Of a stretch of 64,000 nucleotides of DNA, positions 50,679-59,500 are shown one piece after another. The stretch is from the IMG/VR virus record IMGVR_UViG_3300010347_003641; one strand, 5' to 3'. Source of the DNA: an uncultured virus (IMG/VR IMGVR_UViG_3300010347_003641) (lineage: Duplodnaviria; Heunggongvirae; Uroviricota; Caudoviricetes). Each line of letters starts with the position of its first letter. Position 1 is the first letter of the stretch. A program made the translations under genes and the position numbers. A model generated the notes under the pieces. It made no database searches and had not been told where the DNA came from. It saw nothing but the letters and a program-made list of their open reading frames with translations.

Positions 50679-51065
50679 ATGGACATCACGACACTTATAA
50701 TCTTGGCGGCTATTTTCGGCGCTTCCATCGGTACGGTTTTCGTTGCAAAAAAGCTCGGAATAAAAGGCAAGGCGCTCACGGCCATACAGGCGGCCAAGTT
50801 CATCGTTGACGACGCCATAAAAGCAGCCGAACAGCACAAGAAGAACGACGGCTGGACCAACGAACAGGCGAAAGAATTCGCAGTCGATAGGATATTCTCG
50901 CATCTCTCCGAACTCGACCTCGACGAATACATAAGCATCGAAACCGTTGATCTGATAGTAGAGGGGGCGGTCGGAGCGTACAACCTTGTGCGTGGCCTGT
51001 TTCCAAAACCCAAACCAGCCGACGAATCCGCTGACGACGCTGGTCCAGAGCCTCAAACAGTTTAG
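50679..51065 (+). CDS. Holin, LL-H family-like
   Basis: Single N-terminal TM segment (LIILAAIFGASIGTVFVA), then AIKAAEQ...AKEFAV...DLIVEGAV; AAGGAGGT RBS. Confidence 0.65.
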   Translation: MDITTLIILAAIFGASIGTVFVAKKLGIKGKALTAIQAAKFIVDDAIKAAEQHKKNDGWTNEQAKEFAVDRIFSHLSELDLDEYISIETVDLIVEGAVGAYNLVRGLFPKPKPADESADDAGPEPQTV

Positions 51066-51399
51066 CTCCGGCTCCGTTTCAAAAGCGGCGGTTTCCGGCC
51101 TGTACGATTGCTTATCTACGATAAATCCCGAGTTTGCGCACAAGTTTTTTATACTCGTCCAGTCCGGAAAGGTAACATCTTTTATCCCGCAACTAGGAGT
51201 GAGTTTCGACCTGTTCAGAAGCGAAAATTTCGGAGCCGGTGTAGGTGTGTCAACAGATGGTAAGCTGCTCTTGGACGCCAACTACAAGGTCGAAAATGAA
51301 ATGGTCAAGTTCGCCGATTTTTACATTCACGGTGGATTAACTTACAGTATCAAGGAAAAGAACGCCGGTGTTTTCGCGGGTTTCGAAGTGAAGTTCTGA
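50986..51399 (+). CDS. Amphipathic beta-strand protein ending in Phe, overlapping the holin
   Basis: TTG start with GGAG 9 nt upstream; alternating-pattern strands; the stop abuts a terminator. Start is uncertain. Confidence 0.55.
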   Translation: MCVACFQNPNQPTNPLTTLVQSLKQFSSGSVSKAAVSGLYDCLSTINPEFAHKFFILVQSGKVTSFIPQLGVSFDLFRSENFGAGVGVSTDGKLLLDANYKVENEMVKFADFYIHGGLTYSIKEKNAGVFAGFEVKF

Positions 51400-51424
51400 C
51401 GGAGGCGAAAGTCTCCGTCTTTTT
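51398..51424 (+). terminator. Rho-independent terminator
   Basis: GACGGAGGC-GAAA-GTCTCCGTC followed by TTTTT. Confidence 0.85.
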
Positions 51425-51433
51425 ATACCAACC

Positions 51434-51445
51434 GTTATTTCTTAT
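51434..51445 (+). promoter_or_regulatory. Putative late-promoter motif, copy 4 (GTTATTTCTTAT)
   Basis: About 10 nt after the terminator, upstream of the PhoH gene. Confidence 0.55.
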
Positions 51446-51481
51446 ACTGGAAACGGATAATTCCAGGAGGTACAATCATTC

Positions 51482-52615
51482 ATGGACAAAGCCGCGATAG
51501 ACACAAATGTACTTCTCGACTTCCCAGAAATCCTTACCCACGTAGATAAGAACGTAATCAGTTACATCGTATTGTACGAACTCGACGGATTGAAGAAAGA
51601 CCCTTCGAAAGGTATGAGAGCGAGAAAAGCCCAAAGGGCGATACAGGAAGCCCAGCAAAACGGAAAACTCATTATCGACTTCGACGACTACGGTTGCGAC
51701 ACTCCAGATCAAATAATAATTTGTTCTGCCGAAGAAAACAAATGCCCGCTCATCACCTCCGACAGAATGATGCAGATCTTCGCTACGGAATTGAACATCG
51801 ACGTTATTGATGCGAAAAAGCGGGAACGTGAAGGCAAGTTCCTCGTCAAGAGCGACAATATATTCGAAGATTCTATAAGTGTCGAGCCGGAAATCACGGA
51901 GTGCGAATACGGGTATGTCGAGGACTCAAGCGGGAAGCGCCGGCTCGGGTATCATTCGGACGGTACGATAACTTTCATAAACGAGCCGAAGATAAGAATA
52001 CCCGGCGGCACAGAAGTTATTCCTTCTAACGACGGACAGAAATGTCTTATCGACGCTCTCAAAAGAGACGAGATCAGAGCGATATTCGCCACCGGTTGCG
52101 CAGGTAGCGGAAAGACCTACATAACACTCGCGTGGGCCATATCGAGAATAAAGGCCGGCGCCTTCGACAGAATCGTGTGGGTCGTGCCGCCTGTTCGTGT
52201 AGGCGGAAAGGATAGAGACGGTTATGTTCCTGGTTCCATCGAAGAAAAAACCGCGATATACTGCGGCGGTCTCAAGGACAACATAACCAAACTCTGTCAA
52301 GACGCTGGCGAGTTCGCCGAGGCCTGCTTGGAGATCCAGTCGCTCAGTACAATTCGAGGAAGGACGATATCCAATTCCATTTTCGTAGTTGACGAAGCGC
52401 AGAACATAACAGTTCACGAGATGAAAACGCTCCTCTCGAGAGTTGAGGATAATTCCAAAGCGATCATAATCGGCGATATAAACCAGTCGGATATCCGCGA
52501 GGCTACAGGTTTGAAGGCGGCTATCGACAAGTTCTATGGGAACGGATTTTCTGCCGTCGTCAATCTTGAGGCTTCGCAGAGGGGGAAAATCGCCGAAGCG
52601 GCCGATAAGTTGTGA
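51482..52615 (+). CDS. phoH: PIN domain-PhoH family ATPase fusion
   Basis: PIN motifs IDTNVLL, YELD, PDQII and LITSD; PhoH motifs GCAGSGKT, RGRT, VVDEAQN and GDINQSD. Confidence 0.9.
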   Translation: MDKAAIDTNVLLDFPEILTHVDKNVISYIVLYELDGLKKDPSKGMRARKAQRAIQEAQQNGKLIIDFDDYGCDTPDQIIICSAEENKCPLITSDRMMQIFATELNIDVIDAKKREREGKFLVKSDNIFEDSISVEPEITECEYGYVEDSSGKRRLGYHSDGTITFINEPKIRIPGGTEVIPSNDGQKCLIDALKRDEIRAIFATGCAGSGKTYITLAWAISRIKAGAFDRIVWVVPPVRVGGKDRDGYVPGSIEEKTAIYCGGLKDNITKLCQDAGEFAEACLEIQSLSTIRGRTISNSIFVVDEAQNITVHEMKTLLSRVEDNSKAIIIGDINQSDIREATGLKAAIDKFYGNGFSAVVNLEASQRGKIAEAADKL

Positions 52616-52622
52616 GGACACT

Positions 52623-53093
52623 ATGGAAGACTTTGAAACCGATAGCAGACAAGATAGACTCATACTGGAACTTCAAAGAGAAATAGACAAGCTAAAGGAA
52701 GACGTCGAATACCTGAAGAACTCATACGCTTCGCAGGCTTTGAGTATCGACTGCCTCTTCAAAAAGCTGGACGAACTCCAGAAAGAAACGAACAGCCTGA
52801 AAATGCAGGTGATTGGACTCGTAGATAAATTCGACGAATTGCGAGACCACATCGACGGGAAATGGAAAACCGATCTCCTCGCGAAAATGGTTGACTCACT
52901 CCAGCTAACGCAGAACCATTTGATTGAAATGATGAAGGACGTGTCGAAATCGCAGGCCAACCTCGCCGAATCTGTAAACGACAACAAGACGAAAGTGAGG
53001 ATAAGAACGTTCGACTTCTGGCTCAAACTCTTCGCCGGCGGTGGACTTCTCTACTTCGTCATAGAAAAAATTCTCTCGCATCTACTAAAGTAA
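52623..53093 (+). CDS. Coiled-coil protein with C-terminal TM segment (XhlA/holin-like topology)
   Basis: ATG at 52623 after GAGGA (track starts at 52536); long heptad region, then FWLKLFAGGGLLYFVIEKIL. Confidence 0.6.
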   Translation: MEDFETDSRQDRLILELQREIDKLKEDVEYLKNSYASQALSIDCLFKKLDELQKETNSLKMQVIGLVDKFDELRDHIDGKWKTDLLAKMVDSLQLTQNHLIEMMKDVSKSQANLAESVNDNKTKVRIRTFDFWLKLFAGGGLLYFVIEKILSHLLK

Positions 53094-53511
53094 TTCTATT
53101 AAGCATTTTATAGGCAACGGTGTTCGAAGAGTCTTCGATGGATACCGTTGCTTTTCTGTCTATGACTTCGTAATAGGCTATCCATTCGTACTCTCTTCTC
53201 TGCTCGGGACTGTAAGTGTATTTTATTCCGTCAGTTTTCGAGAAGACGTATATCAGGAACTCTTCGTCGGATATCTTCTTCGCGACTGCGAGATAACCCG
53301 GCTTCATGTTGATGGAGCGTTCGTAAATAGTCCTGTATCCGCACGACGTTTCGAGAATGCCCGGAAATTCTATCTCCAACTTCACACGCATGACAGCATC
53401 GACCTTCTGCTGAACTTCTCGAATGTCGATACTTGGACCTTCAAGTTTTATGTAGATTTTGTCTTGCATGTCTTTGGCCTTCACTAGCATCACCGAAATA
53501 AATTTTATCAC
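53059..53511 (-). CDS. Hypothetical protein, the only credible minus-strand gene
   Basis: Fills a gap with no plus-strand ORF; divergent from the XRE gene. True start may be ATG 53490 or 53469. Confidence 0.55.
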   Translation of the reverse strand: MIKFISVMLVKAKDMQDKIYIKLEGPSIDIREVQQKVDAVMRVKLEIEFPGILETSCGYRTIYERSINMKPGYLAVAKKISDEEFLIYVFSKTDGIKYTYSPEQRREYEWIAYYEVIDRKATVSIEDSSNTVAYKMLNRITLVDAREFFL

Positions 53512-53552
53512 TTTTTCAACATGTCAAAATACCTTCGAAAGGGAGTGAGCGT

Positions 53553-53774
53553 GTGTTGAAGTCGAGAGAAGAAATAGGCAAAAAGGTACGTGCGCAGATG
53601 AGAATGCGCGGCATATCGGAGTATGATATGTTCTCGATCACGGGTATCGACCCGGCGAGGCTTTCCGAGATCTGTTTCGAGACGGCGAAAAACGAAAGCA
53701 AGGAACCTACGGCCATTGAGCTTTTACAGATATCGTCGGCGCTCGGGCTGAAGCTAGAAGATATTATCAAATAA
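53553..53774 (+). CDS. XRE/Cro-C1 family HTH regulator
   Basis: IGKKVRAQMRMRGISEYDM...GIDPARLSEI...EPTAIELLQISSALGLKLEDI; GGGAG RBS. Confidence 0.75.
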   Translation: MLKSREEIGKKVRAQMRMRGISEYDMFSITGIDPARLSEICFETAKNESKEPTAIELLQISSALGLKLEDIIK

Positions 53775-53786
53775 ACTTCCCTGCAA

Positions 53787-53798
53787 GTTATTCCTTAT
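53787..53798 (+). promoter_or_regulatory. Putative late-promoter motif, copy 5 (GTTATTCCTTAT)
   Basis: Preceded by CAA; begins 24 nt before ATG 53811. Confidence 0.6.
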
Positions 53799-53810
53799 CA
53801 GGGTGGTGAA

Positions 53811-54128
53811 ATGGCTTTCGTTAAACAGGTTTTCGCCTCTGGAGACACGGCGGCGTACACATGGGCCAATAAAGTCGAGAACGCTCTCGAAGAGACGGCA
53901 AAGGCTCCTACGAAGGTAGTGAAGGAGACTTTGGCGTCTTCTCTTGCCGCGGACACGAACAAGACCGTTACCGGCGGCGCTCTCTACACCGGCAGGACGC
54001 TGGTTATTAGAGACGGAATATACCAGCACGAAACGGACGACTACGTAATAGTGAACTCGACTACCATCAAATTCACATACAACATTCCAGCCGGTTCTGT
54101 GCTGGAGTTCAGGTTCCCGGGGGTATAA
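53811..54128 (+). CDS. Small fibre adaptor-like beta protein
   Basis: LVIRDGIYQHETDDYVIVNSTTIKFTYNIPAGSVL, a module common in phage fibre proteins. Confidence 0.6.
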   Translation: MAFVKQVFASGDTAAYTWANKVENALEETAKAPTKVVKETLASSLAADTNKTVTGGALYTGRTLVIRDGIYQHETDDYVIVNSTTIKFTYNIPAGSVLEFRFPGV

Positions 54129-54131
54129 CAC

Positions 54132-56528
54132 ATGGCCACTCTCACTTCTACCAAAGCAGGCGTGTGGTCCGATCCGACTGTTTGGGGCGGCGCGGTTCCT
54201 GCCGCCGGAGACGACGTTGTTGTAAATCATGATGTCGAATACGATCTGAACGACGAGGCAACGCTTCTCAACCTCATAACTATAAACGCGAACGGTGTTC
54301 TAAGACATAAAGAAGACGTGCAAACGGCAATACATGTTTGGCAGGTCACCATCGCCGGCGGCACGTACCAGATGGGACCGCTTTCCAAACATATTATTTA
54401 CAGAAAGGGTACCGCTACGTACACGACCACCGGAAGAATATACATGAACACTACCAACTACGGCAAATTGCTTCTCTCCGGTTCGAGACTGGATCTATTT
54501 ACGAGCCTCGCCGCTTCTCCTTCTATAGGAGACGCGTATCTCGACGTATCTGATTCGTCGAAATTAGGGTACGGCGATAACATTCACGTCTATAAAGACA
54601 ACAGAAACATTATGGACGACCAGGACGAAGGTTTTTGGGTCAACTACGTCGAGACTGGAAAGGTCTGGATACGGAGATTCGTCGGTCCTTCTTGCACTAC
54701 AACAGCTCAGGCGAACGCAGGAGCCACAGAGATCTATGTTGACAACGCCAGGAAATTCTTCGAGACCGACAGGGTAATAGCCGACAACAGCAAGATCGTA
54801 TTCGATATCCAGAGCATCGACCTATCCGAAAACAAGCTCGTACTAGCTTCTCCTCTCTCCGCTACGATCGCCGCCGGCACGATGCTGTACGAAACAGGCG
54901 TCGAGAAGAGCCACGACAGCGATTCGGAAGTTAGGGTCAATTGTATGACTCTTCAATCGGCGATATCTGCAAACACGACGAATATCGTTCAGATATCAAA
55001 CGCATCGAGACTATCGGTCGGCGACACCCTGTACATAGAGGACACTCACTGGAGCGGAACGTCGCGATACGAAGGTACCTTCGCCACAGTCGCGTCTATA
55101 AACGGGAACGACGTTACACTATCCAACATGTACAGGCGAAACTATCAGACGGTAACAAACCTGACGAATTTTGACAGGAACATAGAAAGCGGCGCGATAG
55201 CCGTACTTCTTAACTTCGACTGCGTGGTAGAGGCCGATCTCACTCCCGGGCCTTACATCGACGTCGCTGACACCTCGAACAGCAACCGTCAGGTAGTTAT
55301 AGAAAACGTGCTTTTGCATAAACTCGGCGGCTCGTCTTCGGCAACATACCGTGGCCTGTCTTTACGCGGTTACTTCAACGGGACCGCAGGCGGTACGTGC
55401 ATAGTCCAGCGTAACGCGCTCTTGTCGTGCAACCAGAAAGCCGATGGCGAGGGAATGTATTTCTACGCGGCTTATTACGGGATAAGACCTATCAGATGCA
55501 ACTTTATATGGGGGGCCTATTCCGGTTTGAGAATGTACGGCTGTTTCCAGGGCGGCCGCGTGTTTGGGAACATCTCCTCTTTCGCTGGTTACAATAATTT
55601 CAGGATTGAATACATAGTGCACGGAATGAAGTTCGCGTACAACCTTGGAACGGCGAGCCAGAACTACGCTTACATGTTTGCCGCATCGTATCACGAGCGG
55701 CCGAATTCAATGCGTTCCGACGGCTGGGAAATTTATGCCGACAGCAACATAAGTAGATTTGCGGTATTCCCATTCTATTTCACCGAGACGGCTACAGGGC
55801 TTCGCTATTCCCTAAACAGATTTTCGTTCTACAAACCTCACTACACGCCGAACCACCCTTTGTACTGCAACGGCTTTTTGTACGTTTTGAATTCCGAGAT
55901 AGTCGGTCAGTTGACAACAACGACGTACGACAACAGCTCTGATTACAACCACTTCGGCACTTCGACGTCGGTAAATAACGGACTCGTCTCCCTCAACCAC
56001 AACTTCAATGGCGATACAATCGTGTACACAGGCCGCGCGATTTTCTACCTCGATATAGACAGCGGGAAACAGGTGTGGCGGATGTCGAAGAGAAACACTA
56101 CGTACTGGTCTGGACTCGTCGGTAGCTGTTACCTCACGAAAGGGTCGAAGGCTACATTCACTGGCCAGATAATGGTCGCGACCAATTACAACGGTTCTAC
56201 TCCTAGAGTACGGTGGTATTCGCCGTTCAATCTAGCGATGCAGTCGCAAGACGTACCAAACTACATAAAGGGAGTCTGGCTTCCGTACTTGGTAGAAGTA
56301 ACTGCGCAGAGGAACGGCTTTTATTTTTTCGTCATAGAGACCAACGCTAACGATACCGACGTGTGGATGACCAATCCGGTGTTGTACGTAGATGGTTACG
56401 AATTGAGGCAGAGTACGATAGACTCCGCCAATCAGGCACGCCTGAAGGAGAGAGTGGTGTTCGACAGAGAGATCACGCCGTCAGATTCATATGGGATAAA
56501 GCTGATGGGCGCAAGGTTCGGAGGATAA
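54132..56528 (+). CDS. G8-like / parallel beta-helix tailspike-like protein
   Basis: N-terminus GVWSDPTVWGGAVPAAGDDVVV; three L...A..G...I.V...GD.I inserts; Asn/Gly/Tyr-rich beta-helix rungs. Confidence 0.65.
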   Translation: MATLTSTKAGVWSDPTVWGGAVPAAGDDVVVNHDVEYDLNDEATLLNLITINANGVLRHKEDVQTAIHVWQVTIAGGTYQMGPLSKHIIYRKGTATYTTTGRIYMNTTNYGKLLLSGSRLDLFTSLAASPSIGDAYLDVSDSSKLGYGDNIHVYKDNRNIMDDQDEGFWVNYVETGKVWIRRFVGPSCTTTAQANAGATEIYVDNARKFFETDRVIADNSKIVFDIQSIDLSENKLVLASPLSATIAAGTMLYETGVEKSHDSDSEVRVNCMTLQSAISANTTNIVQISNASRLSVGDTLYIEDTHWSGTSRYEGTFATVASINGNDVTLSNMYRRNYQTVTNLTNFDRNIESGAIAVLLNFDCVVEADLTPGPYIDVADTSNSNRQVVIENVLLHKLGGSSSATYRGLSLRGYFNGTAGGTCIVQRNALLSCNQKADGEGMYFYAAYYGIRPIRCNFIWGAYSGLRMYGCFQGGRVFGNISSFAGYNNFRIEYIVHGMKFAYNLGTASQNYAYMFAASYHERPNSMRSDGWEIYADSNISRFAVFPFYFTETATGLRYSLNRFSFYKPHYTPNHPLYCNGFLYVLNSEIVGQLTTTTYDNSSDYNHFGTSTSVNNGLVSLNHNFNGDTIVYTGRAIFYLDIDSGKQVWRMSKRNTTYWSGLVGSCYLTKGSKATFTGQIMVATNYNGSTPRVRWYSPFNLAMQSQDVPNYIKGVWLPYLVEVTAQRNGFYFFVIETNANDTDVWMTNPVLYVDGYELRQSTIDSANQARLKERVVFDREITPSDSYGIKLMGARFGG

Positions 56529-56529
56529 C

Positions 56530-59500
56530 ATGACGCCTATAAGGCTAGTAGATGGTCAGGAGTTACAGGCATTCAGCCAGGGGAACGGAAGAGTTGCGAT
56601 ACTGAAGACTTTAGAGGACAGGTTTGTAATAAAATTTGGATCGACGGTGGGTTCAGCGATCGAAGTGTTCTCCGTGTCCAATTCTGCAAACGACGTCGTG
56701 TTAGCGTCCGGCGTTGACCTTCTTTTCGACGGGGCAGCGGCAACGATAGGCGGAAACATTCCATCGTCTATAACGCTCGGAAAGGCGGGCGACACTATAA
56801 ACCTGAACGCTGCCGGCGTAACGTACAACTTTCCTACGTCTGGAACTCCGTACCTCATGCTCACGGGCGGTGTTTTAACAGGAAACTTAGTGCTGGACAA
56901 GGCGGAACTTCATTTCAACTCAGCGTCAGCAGATGCTCAGACAGAAGTAGCACTCAAGGTCGATGGCGAGGACTTCGTCATATTCGAGCCGGAAGAATCC
57001 AACAGGGAATGGTTGCGCATAAAAGACACCGGCGAATCCGATCCGACGAACGCCATGAAACTCTTCGGCTGGAACGTGTGGCACACAGGAAACCTCACGC
57101 CTTCCAATTATCTCCCTCTTGCCGGCGGCACGTTGTCTGGATCGTTGAACATGAACAACAACACCCTCCAGCTTTCCGCCGACGATTACATCCTTGCGGG
57201 GAACGCGAGCTACTCGCAGGCGGGAATATGGATAAGTTCGGGACAGGACATAGCCTTCAACATTAACAGCAACGGTGCCGGAGCAGATAGCTTTCAGGTG
57301 TTCGAAGGGAGTACGCCGACCTCTCTGTTCCAGATAAGGACTGACCTGTTCAAATACAAGACTTACGACATATGGCATTCTGGCAATTTCAATCCGGCCT
57401 CTAAATCAGACGTGCATTCTCACCCGTACATGCCAGACACTCACGACGCTTCGGCGGTAACTTCTGCGAAAATAACAAGCTGGGACGCGGCCTATGCCCA
57501 TTCGCAAGCTTCACACGCAAGGACAGATGCAACTCTCGTGCAGAGTTCTTTGACTAACGGGAACATAAAAATAAACGGCACGGAAACCACCGTATATACA
57601 CACCCTACCGACGCCGGAAACAAGCACATTCCCGCCGCAGGGGCGTCGGGTAATTTCCTGAAATACTCGTCTGCCGGCACAGCCACCTGGTCAACTCCCG
57701 CGATAGCAGATATAACCGGTCTTCAGACCGCTCTGGACGGAAAAGCGCCGACGCATACGCACCCATACCTCGCCGATTCGCATGCGGCCAGCGGAGTTAC
57801 AACGGGGAAGATCGCCAATTGGGACACGGCTTACACGCACTCGCAAGCAACGCACGCAAGAACAGACGCAACGCTTACGCAAAGCTCGTCCACGAATGGA
57901 AATATAAAGATAAACGGCACAGAAATCACAGTCTATACGCACCCTTCTACTGACGGAAACAAGCACATTCCGAGCGGCGGTTCTGCCGGGCAATTCGTAA
58001 AATATTCCTCCGCAGGTACTGGAGCATGGGCCACGCCGGCGATAGCAGATATATCAGGCTTGCAGACCGCTCTCGACGGGAAGGCTGCGAGTTCTCACAA
58101 CCATTCTGCCGCCGATATAAATGCCGGAGTTCTTCCTGCGAGTTACGGCGGAACTGGATTGACTAGCATAGCGACTCTTCTCAATACAAACAATACATTA
58201 GATACAGTTCTCGCAAACGGGAACACAAGCTCGAATACGATGGTCGTAGGAAGGTATTTACAACAGGCCACTGGCGTTCCAACGGAGAACATCGGTTCTC
58301 CGTCTCTTGCGGAAATGGCGCTTTTCCAGCAGCAGTTCGACAATAAAACGTGGTTCTATCCAACGGACATGTTCACGTTCGAATACACGAACGACGGGAC
58401 GACGTGGATCAACGCGAATGTGCCTGCTTCCGAGATAAAGAAATTCGTCAGCGGATATTACAGTGCAACGATAAACATTCCGAACGGCTGCCAGAAATAC
58501 AGGATACAGATCTACAACAAGAATACTTATGTGTACGTGAACGCCCTGTACATATACGCATCTGCAGCCGGTCATAGCACGAAGATAAAAATAAGGAAGA
58601 GAGATGTAATAAGTCAGGCCTGGTCGTACCACACCAACTCTGAAAGCACAGTCGGCGGTTGGCCGGCTCACTGGTATCTTCCGTTCGCTGGAATACCATG
58701 GAGCAGATCCGCAAGCACAGGAATGTGCGATTACGTCGAAATAGAGTTTACGCCAGTGTGGAATGCAACATACCCTTCCAACGTGATAACGTTATACAAC
58801 TTGGATCTTTGGGGCGGATATCCGGCAGGCACAAGAAGTTTGTTCGCATGGGATGGAGATAGGAACGCAACATTTCCAGCCCAGCTCAAAGCGAGCGAGC
58901 TTTACGAAGGAGCAAACAGAGTTTACAGTCCTAACAACACAAACATAGGAACCGGCGCTACAAACTACGCAGCCGGAAACGATTCGCGGTTTCACTCGAA
59001 TGCCAACGATCCGACGAGCGACCAGAAGGCGGCCCTTGCCGGCACTTCTGGCACTCCGTCGAGCACGAACAAGTACGTAACCAATGGAGATAGCAGATTG
59101 TCCAATTCCAGAACCCCGACGGCGCACAAATCGACTCATGCCTCCGGCGGTTCCGATCAGCTCACGCCTGCCGACATAGGCGCGGCTCCAGCTCACACGC
59201 ACCCGTACCTCTCCTCGTCCGGCGGAACTGTATCCGGCGACTTGACAATCACAGGGAACCTGACTATCAGCGGAACGTCAACGACGATAAACACAGAGAC
59301 CATCAACCTCGCAGACAACATAATCGTGCTGAATTCCAACTTCGCAGGCACGCCTTCCGAGAATGCCGGAATGGAAATAGAAAGAGGCACATCTGCAAAT
59401 GTTGTCTTGAGATGGAACGAAACGGCCGACATTTGGGAAGTCACCAAAGACGGCACCAATTACTACACAATACTCGATTCCTCGCACGCGGCGAATGGAG

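Noticed and set aside
53502..53527. Canonical sigma70 -35/-10 pair on the minus strand (TTGACA...TAAAAT)
   Set aside because: The spacer is only 14 nt; kept only as a possible extended -10.
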